From the IMG/VR virus record IMGVR_UViG_3300027759_000043: a DNA stretch of 64,000 nucleotides; one strand, given 5' to 3'. The DNA comes from a virus. Its lineage: Duplodnaviria; Caudoviricetes. A program made the position numbers and the translations under genes. This document shows positions 8,324 through 17,679 of the stretch, piece after piece. Under the pieces are notes generated by a model. That model did no database searches. It was not told where the DNA came from and was given only the letters and a program-made list of their open reading frames with translations. The stretch's first letter is position 1; each line of letters begins with the position of its first letter.

Positions 8324-8781
8324 TAGATATTTATCAGTTTTTTCGCCTCATCCTCAGTTTTGAACGGACCTAGATACTCATACCGTTGTATAAAGATGTA
8401 TTTAGGGCAAAATGTGACAGCAGGTTCGTCACCTTGAAACAGTACATACCATCCCGCGGCGTGAAAACACTTGCTTTTCTGTGTTTTTGTGAATAGGTGA
8501 ATCTTGCGTTTAATATCAAGTATAGAGTTGAATACCTTCTTTGTAGTCGGATATTCGTTGAAGGGTATTTCTTTTTTGTGCTTATCTATTTTAATTGTTT
8601 CAAACTGTATATTAGTTTGTTTCTGAATAGTGTTTGTATTTTTGAAATGAGTTTTATTACCATTGAGTTTAACCTCAAAGCCAGACCCATCAGCAATAAC
8701 ATTTCCTACTTTTTCTTTGCCGTCAGTAACAATCCAGAATTGATTTTTAACGACGGGTTTTGCGATTAGTGGTTTTGACAT
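8323..8781 (-). CDS. Conserved phage protein (homolog of 44585-45043)
   Basis: IAKPVV.NQFWI, KVGN, LFTK..KSK.F.AAGWY, PK.I...RY.Y.GPF.T.DEAK shared. Confidence 0.85.
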   Translation of the reverse strand: MSKPLIAKPVVKNQFWIVTDGKEKVGNVIADGSGFEVKLNGNKTHFKNTNTIQKQTNIQFETIKIDKHKKEIPFNEYPTTKKVFNSILDIKRKIHLFTKTQKSKCFHAAGWYVLFQGDEPAVTFCPKYIFIQRYEYLGPFKTEDEAKKLINI

Positions 8782-9052
8782 CTTCTTCCATTTCTATTAA
8801 TTTTGTAATCTTTTTAAAATTACTTTGTTTATCTACTATAACATTATAAGTAGTATTTTCAAAGCGAATCGGTAAATCCAAATGAATACTAAACTGTGGT
8901 CCAACAGTTTCATTGATTACGGTATCATTTCCGACTGTACCAACGAATGGAATCTTATTCCAGTATCCAAATATACGTTCACCAAATTCATATTTGGCTA
9001 CATGACGATTTTCTTTAAAATAATCTGCTTGATTTCTCATGGTGTTTCCCAA
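8747..9052 (-). CDS. Hypothetical protein
   Basis: ORF track; overlapping operon packing. Confidence 0.7.
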   Translation of the reverse strand: MGNTMRNQADYFKENRHVAKYEFGERIFGYWNKIPFVGTVGNDTVINETVGPQFSIHLDLPIRFENTTYNVIVDKQSNFKKITKLIEMEEDVKTTNRKTRR

Positions 9053-9306
9053 GTATTTTTTTCATAATCCCAATGACGGGTATCATAGAAGTGTAGTTCA
9101 GAAGAAAAACCAAACAGTCCAAGCATGACTCTAACACCTCCGTGATCACCTACGGGCTTGAAATGAAACTCTATATTAACGATATGGTTTGTACGATACC
9201 CGTTAAATTCCCATCCTTTGTGTTTTCCTAACAAACTGCTTTTGTTCCAAAGGATAGTCCATGTGTCGCTCCATGGATTAGCAAGGTTAAAGTTTAGATT
9301 AATCAT
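9037..9306 (-). CDS. Hypothetical protein
   Basis: ORF track; ATGA overlap. Confidence 0.7.
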   Translation of the reverse strand: MINLNFNLANPWSDTWTILWNKSSLLGKHKGWEFNGYRTNHIVNIEFHFKPVGDHGGVRVMLGLFGFSSELHFYDTRHWDYEKNTWETP

Positions 9307-9527
9307 ATTTTCTTTCCTGTATTTTCAATTTTAGTATTAATACAAGTACCTTCAAGTATAGTCATCTTTGGCTGGCCAGCTTGATTAGCAACTTCAAGCA
9401 TGTGTGTTTTTTGATTATCAATTGATAATCTGCATTGTGCTTCCGACTTATAAACATTCTGTGATTGCATAAAATTACAATTGTCATTTAGGCACATAAA
9501 CAATACAGGTATAAAAATTTCAATCAT
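9303..9527 (-). CDS. Small Cys-containing hypothetical protein
   Basis: Hydrophobic N-terminus, YKSEAQC motif; ATGA overlaps. Confidence 0.7.
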   Translation of the reverse strand: MIEIFIPVLFMCLNDNCNFMQSQNVYKSEAQCRLSIDNQKTHMLEVANQAGQPKMTILEGTCINTKIENTGKKI

Positions 9528-9706
9528 TTTTCAAAATGCATTTCAAAAAGTTTATCAATACTGCGTCCAAGAGGATTATTGGCTTTGGCTACCGCAGTAG
9601 CACATTCTTTTATAATCAACTCGGCGAACTTTTCGTAATTGAAATTAAGACCAAATTCATTGTGTTCCCAACATTGAGGTTCAAGTTCTTTGATTAGTTT
9701 TTTCAT
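9524..9706 (-). CDS. Small phage protein of the FAELI.KECA family
   Basis: Motif shared with 11570-11752 and 47889-48110. Confidence 0.75.
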   Translation of the reverse strand: MKKLIKELEPQCWEHNEFGLNFNYEKFAELIIKECATAVAKANNPLGRSIDKLFEMHFEK

Positions 9707-9822
9707 ACTACCTCCACCACAACATATTTACTATGAGGATAATTTTCAATTAGCCATTCAATCATACCTTCTTCGTAAGGAAGAAATACACTATTGAATT
9801 TGTTAGTGATATATTTACGCAT
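9703..9822 (-). CDS. 39-aa protein (homolog of 34745-34858)
   Basis: LP.E.G..EWL...YPHS.Y shared; start revised to MRKYITNK. Confidence 0.7.
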   Translation of the reverse strand: MRKYITNKFNSVFLPYEEGMIEWLIENYPHSKYVVVEVV

Positions 9823-10006
9823 TCTTTTTTGACCTATAAATTTGCATAGCAACATTAAGGGCGTCCATGTAATCTGCCATGAATTGTAGTTGAATATGAT
9901 GTAAGTACATATACAACTTAGTATCAACTGACCAGTCTTTAAACTTTTCAATTACATCGGAATCAAGTTGTACTTCTAATTCTTTAACGTATTCATCTAC
10001 TGTCAT
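9815..10006 (-). CDS. Hypothetical protein
   Basis: ORF track. Confidence 0.7.
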   Translation of the reverse strand: MTVDEYVKELEVQLDSDVIEKFKDWSVDTKLYMYLHHIQLQFMADYMDALNVAMQIYRSKKNA

Positions 10007-10008
10007 AA

Positions 10009-10479
10009 TTAATCCTTTGTCAATTCAGCAACCAATAAGAAATGTTCGTAGGCTTTCTTTACAGCAGGGTTAGTCATTAACTGATCAGCTTCTGCCATCA
10101 TAGCTTTCACCCCTGCTTCGGCAATATCGTGTGAACTGGCTCCACTCAACGTACAAAGTTCATCTCCAAACTCTTTAGCCAATTTCTTCCATGCCTTGCG
10201 TTGACCTTCTGTTATCGGAGTTCGCACAGGTTTCAGTTCACTAGCTTTATGCATAGCACGAATTATAGCCTCTTCGGCTACTCGGCTGGCTGCAATCATA
10301 GCCGCGTAGTTAGGATCAATATTAAACCTACGACTCTGCCCACCCGGATATACCATCAAAAGGTGTGTACCTTTATGAAAACTGTCCATCCAGTCGCTAT
10401 CGTATTCTGCAACAGGTACATACTTACGTCCTACTTTTTCGTAGTAAATCTTTTTCATATCATGTCCACAAACTATCAC
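10009..10479 (-). CDS. Hypothetical protein
   Basis: ORF track; likely start MKKIYYEK. Confidence 0.8.
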   Translation of the reverse strand: MIVCGHDMKKIYYEKVGRKYVPVAEYDSDWMDSFHKGTHLLMVYPGGQSRRFNIDPNYAAMIAASRVAEEAIIRAMHKASELKPVRTPITEGQRKAWKKLAKEFGDELCTLSGASSHDIAEAGVKAMMAEADQLMTNPAVKKAYEHFLLVAELTKD

Positions 10480-11305
10480 GAATTTTAATTAAACGAATCA
10501 TCATTTCAGTATCTTCTTTGTCGTAGGCTTTTTCAATCTTAGTAGTAAGTTTAAGAGCCTTATCACCTGCTTTTTTACTTGCTGTATCTTTATCGTATCT
10601 ACCAATCCAGTTTGTACCAAACTTAATGCGTAAACTTTCACAGTATTCACTCCAGCCACTTGCATCGTGCGGGTCTGGACGATTTGGATATACAGTAGTC
10701 CACCATGTGTAAAGTTCTTTAATTTCTTTAGCACGTAATGCTTGTCCAGTAGGCTTGCCATACTCTGGGTTATCTTCATCTACGCCCATATCTTTATCAA
10801 GAGTAAGTGTCATTGCCCAGTCAAGATGATCGATACCTGCTTGAGGGCAACGCCAAGTGCGCCAACGCCACCACCCAGTAGCATAAAAAGGAGCATCATA
10901 CTTCTTTCTATCTTCTTTACTTCCCCATGCGATGTGACTCCAGGCTTGCTCGACCTCGACAAAATCAACCAACTCATTAAATAAGCATGGAAGGAAGCGA
11001 TTGCCAACATCACGCCAAGAACCAGGCTTAATATCACGGCTATGAGCGGTGAGAGCATGAGTACGAGTAACGTACCTGTTATTAATGTAATATTTGACAT
11101 CATATATTTTACGAATAGGATATGTTACAAAATCTTGAATATGTCCAAGTGCTTCTTCTGCTAACCAATAACGAACAGGGTGATAACCTTTGGCTTTGTT
11201 AGTCCATTCATCCCAATCTTCACTAGTCTTGGCTCCGCCTTTTGGCGTACCGCGCACCCAATCAGCGAAAGGGGTGCATGACCAGTAATTACTGTGTTGT
11301 GCCAT
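10460..11305 (-). CDS. Trp-rich hypothetical protein
   Basis: 281-aa ORF in operon. Confidence 0.85.
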   Translation of the reverse strand: MAQHSNYWSCTPFADWVRGTPKGGAKTSEDWDEWTNKAKGYHPVRYWLAEEALGHIQDFVTYPIRKIYDVKYYINNRYVTRTHALTAHSRDIKPGSWRDVGNRFLPCLFNELVDFVEVEQAWSHIAWGSKEDRKKYDAPFYATGWWRWRTWRCPQAGIDHLDWAMTLTLDKDMGVDEDNPEYGKPTGQALRAKEIKELYTWWTTVYPNRPDPHDASGWSEYCESLRIKFGTNWIGRYDKDTASKKAGDKALKLTTKIEKAYDKEDTEMMIRLIKIRDSLWT

Positions 11306-11573
11306 TTTTAAATACTTCCGGGTTATCTTCTACCAACGCAATCAATGCATGAGTTTGAAACTTAACTTGTTCCTCAGTCATTTTAAGATTGTAAGCATGG
11401 TCTAGTATATGTAATACTTCATGCCACAAAGCAATCTTTTTAGTTTGTTCAGTAAATTGATTACCAATCCAAATCTCTTGGTCATTAAATCGTGCTAGAC
11501 CAATTGTGCCTTGCATTTCTTCCGGTGTCTTATATTTTACTTCGTAATCTATTCCGCAAATTTTAAATTTCAT
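11289..11573 (-). CDS. Putative zinc metallopeptidase-like protein (HEXXH)
   Basis: LWHEVLH motif; small IrrE/DUF955-like size. Confidence 0.55.
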   Translation of the reverse strand: MKFKICGIDYEVKYKTPEEMQGTIGLARFNDQEIWIGNQFTEQTKKIALWHEVLHILDHAYNLKMTEEQVKFQTHALIALVEDNPEVFKNGTTQ

Positions 11574-11752
11574 TCTTCTACTCCAAAATGTTGTTTAATC
11601 AAATCATTAGACTTGTATGGCTCTGCTTTATCAGCAATATCAGCACATTCCCTCACAATCAACTCGGCAATCAATTCTACCTTATCAATTGCTACCCACT
11701 TGCCACTAGAATCACTTCCGTGTTCTTTAATTAATTCTCTTACTCTATTCAT
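11570..11752 (-). CDS. Small phage protein of the AELIVRECA family
   Basis: Motif shared with 9524-9706; ends IKQHFGVEE. Confidence 0.75.
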   Translation of the reverse strand: MNRVRELIKEHGSDSSGKWVAIDKVELIAELIVRECADIADKAEPYKSNDLIKQHFGVEE

Positions 11753-12744
11753 TTCAATACTCCTACATATGGGCTGTTAAGCCATTTTGCGTATGTCTCG
11801 GCGTTATCTGCAATCTTGTTCAGTTCATACTTGCCGCAAAATTTCATCAAGTGTATGCCCACTTGAGGAATAGTAGTTGTACGAACACCTTCACGTATGT
11901 TAGTATCTACTGATAGTTTAACATCATCGGGCTGTGCTGTCAAGTCAATTAGGGTACGATTCCTATTATAAGCGTCTTTAACACGGACCTCATTTCCCTC
12001 ATGGTCGGACCAGCGGGAAAGTAGCATATTGTTCCACGCATAGCCTTGCTTATGGCGATCGGCATATGCTTCAATCAATCCGGCTTTCTTACTAGAACCT
12101 TTTTCACGTACCCCGGGAAAAGCACTGAATACATTGTCGGTTGCGTCTCCGCGCATTATTTTTCGGAATAATATATATTGTGGATCCTCTAATAGTTTCG
12201 GATTCTTTAACTTATCCAATACGGGCTTACCATTTTCTTTGAAGAATCCCTCAAGCGTAATTAGTTCACCAGTGACACCTGAAAATTGTTTTACTGTGGG
12301 GGAAATTAATTGGTAAAAATCGCTGTCTGTTGAAATTATAAAATGTTCATCTTCTGGATGAAGTGCCACAAATCTTGCTATGAGATCATCAGCCTCAGCC
12401 TTAGGATCACGCAGTACACTACAGTTTGTGCGGTCTTTAAGGTAATTTGTGAAGGACTCATACGTTTGCCAAAACATGGTGTTTTCTTCAACCTCTGCCT
12501 CTGTTTGAGACATTGTATCTACTACACGATTCTTTTTATAAGGAGCATAGAAGTCTTTGCGCCAGCTTCTGCCTTCCAAGCAAAACACTACATGATCAAT
12601 TCCAAAACGTTTAACAATTTGATTAGTACTTGCTAATGTAAGATGTAATGCCATTCCGATCTTCTCGTCAACTGTACTATTGCGTGAAGCAATGTGACGG
12701 GCACGAAAGAATGTATTAGCAGTGTCTATCAGAGCGTATTTCAT
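11749..12744 (-). CDS. rnh: RNase H / 5'-3' exonuclease (T4 Rnh, FEN-like), copy 1
   Basis: LIDTAN, EGRSWRK, YKKNR, EADD, STDSDF, GDATDN acidic motifs. Confidence 0.92.
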   Translation of the reverse strand: MKYALIDTANTFFRARHIASRNSTVDEKIGMALHLTLASTNQIVKRFGIDHVVFCLEGRSWRKDFYAPYKKNRVVDTMSQTEAEVEENTMFWQTYESFTNYLKDRTNCSVLRDPKAEADDLIARFVALHPEDEHFIISTDSDFYQLISPTVKQFSGVTGELITLEGFFKENGKPVLDKLKNPKLLEDPQYILFRKIMRGDATDNVFSAFPGVREKGSSKKAGLIEAYADRHKQGYAWNNMLLSRWSDHEGNEVRVKDAYNRNRTLIDLTAQPDDVKLSVDTNIREGVRTTTIPQVGIHLMKFCGKYELNKIADNAETYAKWLNSPYVGVLK

Positions 12745-12771
12745 AGTATACCTAAATTTTAATATACGTAT

Positions 12772-12800
12772 ATTATACTATATATTTTATTATATGTCAA
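12772..12800 (-). promoter_or_regulatory. Sigma70-type promoter for rnh
   Basis: TTGACA-17-TATAAT. Confidence 0.8.
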
Positions 12801-13249
12801 CTAACTTCGGTACGTCCATCGCCCAAATCCTTAGCACGTACCACCCTCATATCCGAAGCCTGTGACCGATTTTCTGGATCAGCTTGTTGCTGTTCATAGA
12901 GTTCAAGCGCAACGTTGCGGCATACCGATTGAAACCAGCGTTCGGCGATCATAGTATCAGTATCATCATCACGTATCTTATACCCGGCACGAATCAGATT
13001 CAAAATAAATTTATCATTCCAATCAAGTTCAAATGCCCCACTGTTAATATCATATGGATCAATCTCCATCTTTAAAATATTAACATAAGGTAAACCTAAT
13101 TCTTCAGCTTTCTGTTTGTCTGAAACAGTAGCAGGTTCTTTCTTTACTTTAGGTTTGCGAGGTTTCTTTTCCTTAACTGGCTTTGGTTCCTCTACTACAG
13201 GATCTGGCTTTTTACCAAATAGATTCTTAATTTTATCAAACATCATCAT
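12797..13249 (-). CDS. Conserved phage protein (homolog of 41831-42223)
   Basis: GAFELDWNDKFI.NLIRAGY, RWFQ.VCR, D.G.GRTEVS shared. Confidence 0.85.
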   Translation of the reverse strand: MMMFDKIKNLFGKKPDPVVEEPKPVKEKKPRKPKVKKEPATVSDKQKAEELGLPYVNILKMEIDPYDINSGAFELDWNDKFILNLIRAGYKIRDDDTDTMIAERWFQSVCRNVALELYEQQQADPENRSQASDMRVVRAKDLGDGRTEVS

Positions 13250-13763
13250 ACTCCACTATACTACTATATAGTATATTATTATCCTGTAGTAGTTTTTCTC
13301 CGGGCAAGAATGTTAGATTGATAACTGTTCCAGCTTTAACCTCACTAACAGTAAAGTTGTTTCTTAACAAGTGACTAGTTGCTTTGATAGTTCCACCGGT
13401 AGCAAGCAAATCATCAATGATGAAGGGCAAACTACCAACTGGACTATGTGTCTTAATCTGTAATGTATCTACACTATACTCTGTGTCATAATCAATTGTA
13501 TGTACATCTCCGGGTAACTTACCTTTCTTGCGAACAAGAACAAGCGGCAAATTTAGTTTAGTTGCTACTGCTCCGCCGAACGGAAATCCTCTACTTTCAA
13601 TAGCCACAATGCTAGTACATCCTTCTGCTTGTACCGCAAGCATATCAACACAATATTGAAATTGTTCTGGACTAGAAAGAATCTTAGTGATATCTAAGAA
13701 GTTGATTCCTGCTTTAGGAAAATCAGGGATTACTGGTATGTAGTTTTTTAGTGTATGTTTCAT
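13236..13763 (-). CDS. apt: Adenine phosphoribosyltransferase
   Basis: DFPKAGINFLDIT, AIESRGF, LVRKKGKLPG, IIDDLLATGGT PRPP-binding motif; start MKHTLK. Confidence 0.92.
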   Translation of the reverse strand: MKHTLKNYIPVIPDFPKAGINFLDITKILSSPEQFQYCVDMLAVQAEGCTSIVAIESRGFPFGGAVATKLNLPLVLVRKKGKLPGDVHTIDYDTEYSVDTLQIKTHSPVGSLPFIIDDLLATGGTIKATSHLLRNNFTVSEVKAGTVINLTFLPGEKLLQDNNILYSSIVEYDDV

Positions 13764-14802
13764 ATAATTTAAAGCTAGCAAGATTCTTTGCCTTTGACTC
13801 ACACATGATATCAAAGTTATCTAAGAATGTCAATGCCCATTGGTTAACTGGGTCGTTCCAATAGTAGTCACTGTGGGCACGTAATTTTTGTTTATTGTAA
13901 CCTTCAGCAATTAGCGCACCATGATCGGGTAATCGTGTTGCGGAATGACCTGTGAGTACATCTTCGCGGCTAACACTGTAATGCATAGTAGGGCGCAGGC
14001 CACGCCAGCTATCAATAACCCTCTTAACCCTGTCGTCAGAAGGGTTAATGTATTCTCCCTCACGTATCCAATTATGGTGAATGTCCATGACCGTAGGTAC
14101 GAGGTCAGATAATGATAAGCAGTCAAGTAGTCCATGTGTGTATTCCTCATTCTCTAGTGTAAGTGTGTTTCGGGCTTCGGGTGACAAACGATTGTACACA
14201 TCACGAATGCCCTGTGGACCTTTACGACCACTGATGTGTACATTGATTTTGATATCCTGAAACTTTTGACCATAACCCATCATACGGGCCATGTCAACAT
14301 GATATTCAAATTCTTCTATACTCTTATTTACTACCTCTTCACGGTCGCTTGCTAAAACTACAAATTGGTCAGGGTGAAAGCTAAGACGAACATCATTAGC
14401 CCGTGCAGTTTCACCGATGGGTGCGAACCATCGTGCTAGATTATCCTGCATTGATTTATCTTGCCAAAAGTCCTGCCAGCCATCCATTGTATAGAAAGGC
14501 AACATATCCGATGTAAGACGAACCATACGCAATGACGGTTCCAGTGATGCTACTTTTTTAACTAGATTGTGAGTATGTAGAATGTTTTGTTTTGATACCT
14601 CAAGTACCTTTTCTTCTGCGACACTTTGAGTTTGTCTATTGACCCAGGCACGAGTTGTGCCACCTGTGTTTAGTTCTTTGATAGAACAGATTTCACCCTT
14701 ACTGTTTAGTTCACTAAACTTACAAGCGAACCCGATGCGTTTGATAGATTGATTTGTCAAGGTAAAAGCCCAAAGTGATAAATAAGATATGTAGTGTAAC
14801 AT
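13723..14802 (-). CDS. uvsE: UV-damage endonuclease (UvsE/UVDE)
   Basis: RIGFACK, RLSFHPDQF, NVH, LENEE, MDIHH, HSDY, MCESKAK; real start probably near 14760. Confidence 0.9.
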   Translation of the reverse strand: MLHYISYLSLWAFTLTNQSIKRIGFACKFSELNSKGEICSIKELNTGGTTRAWVNRQTQSVAEEKVLEVSKQNILHTHNLVKKVASLEPSLRMVRLTSDMLPFYTMDGWQDFWQDKSMQDNLARWFAPIGETARANDVRLSFHPDQFVVLASDREEVVNKSIEEFEYHVDMARMMGYGQKFQDIKINVHISGRKGPQGIRDVYNRLSPEARNTLTLENEEYTHGLLDCLSLSDLVPTVMDIHHNWIREGEYINPSDDRVKRVIDSWRGLRPTMHYSVSREDVLTGHSATRLPDHGALIAEGYNKQKLRAHSDYYWNDPVNQWALTFLDNFDIMCESKAKNLASFKLYETYTKKLHTSNP

Positions 14803-14821
14803 ATTTACGCAATAAAGTCAA
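14793..14821 (-). promoter_or_regulatory. Promoter for uvsE (sigma70-like with embedded TAAATA)
   Basis: TTGACT-17-TACACT; TAAATA lies in the spacer. Confidence 0.6.
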
Positions 14822-14839
14822 CTATTTACGGACAAAAAC

Positions 14840-15514
14840 ATGAGATTTAGTGAAATTATATCCGAGGACGCTAATCCAAAGAGACAGGCAGCAATAGCCA
14901 TTGCCATGAAGAAAGCCGGGAAGAAACCAAAAAATGAAGATTTTGCTATGGAAGATGAGCAGATTGATGGAATGGCTCAGGGAGAGATTCGGGCAATTAT
15001 TAAAAACGCAATACATATTAAAAACCAATTGGATAGAGGTGTTAGTTTAGATGGCTGGATGTATAGTTATGTTACCACAAGCAATGATCATTTAAATAGT
15101 GTAGCAGAGCAAATTAATAACCCGAATATTGATGAGCAAGGTGTTGATGAGGGCTGGAGTCAAAAATATAAGAATAGTATCAACTGCTCAAATCCCAAAG
15201 GATTTAGTCAAAAGGCGCATTGTGCTGGTAAAAAAAAACAGGATGAATCTATAGAGACAGATCAAGTTGATGAAAATCTACACCAATGGTTTAAAGAGAA
15301 ATGGGTAAGATTTGGTCCAGATGGAAAGATCCGAGGTGATTGTGCTAGAGGAAGTGAATCAGAAGGAAAACCAAAATGCTTACCACAAAGTAAAGCACAT
15401 TCTTTAGGTAAAAAAGGAAGAGCATCGGCTGCTGCTAGAAAACGCCGTGAAGATCCCAATGCTAACCGTTCAGGAAAAGCAATAAATGTTAGCACTAAAG
15501 GAAAAGGAAAATGA
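14840..15514 (+). CDS. Modular putative internal head protein
   Basis: N-terminus MRFSEIISE resembles a capsid-targeting sequence; modules separated by AME, VDE, VDE. Confidence 0.65.
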   Translation: MRFSEIISEDANPKRQAAIAIAMKKAGKKPKNEDFAMEDEQIDGMAQGEIRAIIKNAIHIKNQLDRGVSLDGWMYSYVTTSNDHLNSVAEQINNPNIDEQGVDEGWSQKYKNSINCSNPKGFSQKAHCAGKKKQDESIETDQVDENLHQWFKEKWVRFGPDGKIRGDCARGSESEGKPKCLPQSKAHSLGKKGRASAAARKRREDPNANRSGKAINVSTKGKGK

Positions 15515-17034
15515 AAATATTAGATATTATAACCGAATCACATAATAGATGCCCACATTGTGGTGGTCCATTAGTTTCAGAATCTGAACTTATGGAGAAA
15601 AAAGATGCTTGCTATTATAAGATTAAATCTTCCGCTAAAGTATGGCCAAGTGCTTATGCGTCAGGTAGATTGGTACAATGTCGTAAAAAAGGTGCGGCCA
15701 ACTATGGTAACAAATCAGAAAGTATGGCGGAAGGCATCGCAGAAACTCTGCAACAACAACAAGTTCGTGCAGCAATTACTAAAGGTATGGCAAAATGGGA
15801 TCAGAGTGATTTGGCTACCTATAAAAGTCAACCTACTAATCTGCAACATTGGGATCCTAGCGGGTGGGCTAGTGGACAACTAAAAGGGATAAATTCAATA
15901 GATCCTGACGGTACCGTAGTAATAGAACTTAATGATACTACCACTGCTGGTTTGGTTAAAAAATTAGCAGCATTGGGGGGTATGCCCGGTGTTAAAACTA
16001 GACAACTTAAGATGACGTTTGATCCAGCAAAAGCAAACGCAAATGGAGTGACACAGGGCGATGTGGCGGAAGGCTTGACAGAGATAGATAATCGTACACC
16101 AAGCGGTGATCGTGAAGAACAGCGTAGAAATCGTCCAGAAGCAAAAGCAAAACAAGATAAAGAACAACAGAAACGGTTAAAAGATACAAGCCCCGAAATG
16201 CGTAAAAAGTTACGCTTACCAGAACCAAAAGAAGGTATGGCGGAAGGCTTCGAGAACAATAATACAACAGCACAAAAAATATTCTTTGCTCGTAGTAATA
16301 AAGCACCCAAAGAATGGAGTTATGACCATGTTGGATTTATAACTCAAGATGGAAAACAAATTCAAATGAGTGGGCATAAAGGCAATGATGTATATGTCAC
16401 TAACGATGTGACTGATGATCCGGAGTTTCCTAAACAAAATATCAAAATTGTATCATTATCAAAACCAGTATCGGTTCCTACAACTAACTCAGTAGGAGCA
16501 GAAAATTGTGGGACATTTGTGGCAAATGTATTACAAGCCAATGGTATAAAAGGTATTGATACACAAAAAATATATAGTGTGTTCAAAAAACCTCAACCTC
16601 AAGAGCAAGGTGTGGCGGAAGGTGTTCGGACCGAGTCTGCCGAGTTGGCAAAACAATATGGCTGGGCATACAACCAAGGTGAGTACGGAGCATCAATGAC
16701 GCATCCAAAACATGGTCGTATTTCTCTTAGTTCTCCAGTGACTAGTAGGAGCGGAGATACCGCAGTTGAACGTGAGTGGACACATAATAATGCCAGTGGT
16801 ATTGGTGACAGATCATTAGCACAGCATTTACAAAGTTTAAAAGAGCAAGGCATGACGGAAGCCAAGGACGACTATGTTCCACCTAAAGAAGCCGACTATG
16901 GTCCAGAATATCAAGCCATGGTCCGGCGTGTGGGCGAAAAAGCCCGGGCTCAAGAAAAAGCCAAGCAACAGCCGCCAAAAGCACCTGTGCGTGAAAGCCG
17001 TCTGGCGTTGTTGAAACAAATCATCCAATCATAA
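15511..17034 (+). CDS. Modular polyprotein-like putative internal head protein
   Basis: MKILDIITE N-terminus; modules joined by MAEG/VAEG/MAEG/VAEG/MTEA. Confidence 0.7.
   Translation: MKILDIITESHNRCPHCGGPLVSESELMEKKDACYYKIKSSAKVWPSAYASGRLVQCRKKGAANYGNKSESMAEGIAETLQQQQVRAAITKGMAKWDQSDLATYKSQPTNLQHWDPSGWASGQLKGINSIDPDGTVVIELNDTTTAGLVKKLAALGGMPGVKTRQLKMTFDPAKANANGVTQGDVAEGLTEIDNRTPSGDREEQRRNRPEAKAKQDKEQQKRLKDTSPEMRKKLRLPEPKEGMAEGFENNNTTAQKIFFARSNKAPKEWSYDHVGFITQDGKQIQMSGHKGNDVYVTNDVTDDPEFPKQNIKIVSLSKPVSVPTTNSVGAENCGTFVANVLQANGIKGIDTQKIYSVFKKPQPQEQGVAEGVRTESAELAKQYGWAYNQGEYGASMTHPKHGRISLSSPVTSRSGDTAVEREWTHNNASGIGDRSLAQHLQSLKEQGMTEAKDDYVPPKEADYGPEYQAMVRRVGEKARAQEKAKQQPPKAPVRESRLALLKQIIQS
15725..16862 (+). 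repeat. Dispersed 10-bp repeat TGGCGGAAGG at module joints
   Basis: Exact copies at 15725, 16064, 16238, 16613; variant TGACGGAAGC at 16853. Confidence 0.9.
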
Positions 17035-17121
17035 GAACACCCTTAGGACCGCACTAGTTGCGAGGGTGCCCGGGTGCTGGGCGTGGAAAGCGATTCGCTA
17101 CCGTGATCCACAAAGTGAGCA
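17035..17121 (+). ncRNA. Candidate structured RNA, family unknown
   Basis: CACCCU/AGGGUG, CGCA/UGCG, CCCGG/CUGGG, GUGGA/UCCAC stems; GC-rich island. Confidence 0.5.
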
Positions 17122-17651
17122 TTTTTCTTGCAATTATTATAATGGTAACGTTTCATATTGTTGTTACCTCCAGTTTTTCCACAGTGCGGACAAGTTGATT
17201 TTGAAATAGGATGTGGCTTTCCAATTTTTCCTTTTGAAATACTAGCAATCTGCTCAGCAGATCGAGGTTTACGCATTTTTTGTAAAGTTTCTTCTTTGTG
17301 TGGAATACCTTTGTTCCATGCAGATTTTCCTCTAATCTTTGATATTCTCTTTTCAATATGAGCATCACTTTGTTTCAAACCCGATATGCCGTTGCCACCA
17401 TCGGTTTTGTTTCGTAAGATTCCTGTTCCTAAATCTTTACGTCCGTACCAAAGAATCATTCTTCTTTCTAAGGCCAATGCGCCAACTTCAGACAAATTTT
17501 TTTCAAGAATCACAATACGTGATTTGTCCAGAGGGGTTATAAATTGTTCTGTTTTATTGTGTTTCCAAGCACGACGATCTTTACCTTTACCGATATAGTA
17601 AGGTGTGCCATCTTTTCTTAGATAGGCATAGACATAGAAGTGTAAATACAT
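17043..17651 (-). mobile_element. Free-standing GIY-YIG homing endonuclease with NUMOD3-like repeats and Zn knuckle
   Basis: YVYAY...[22 protein letters not shown]; HKEETLQKM; CPHCGK...C; opposite strand to neighbours. Confidence 0.85.
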
Positions 17652-17679
17652 TTGCTGATTGCTCCTTTAAAGCATTAGA

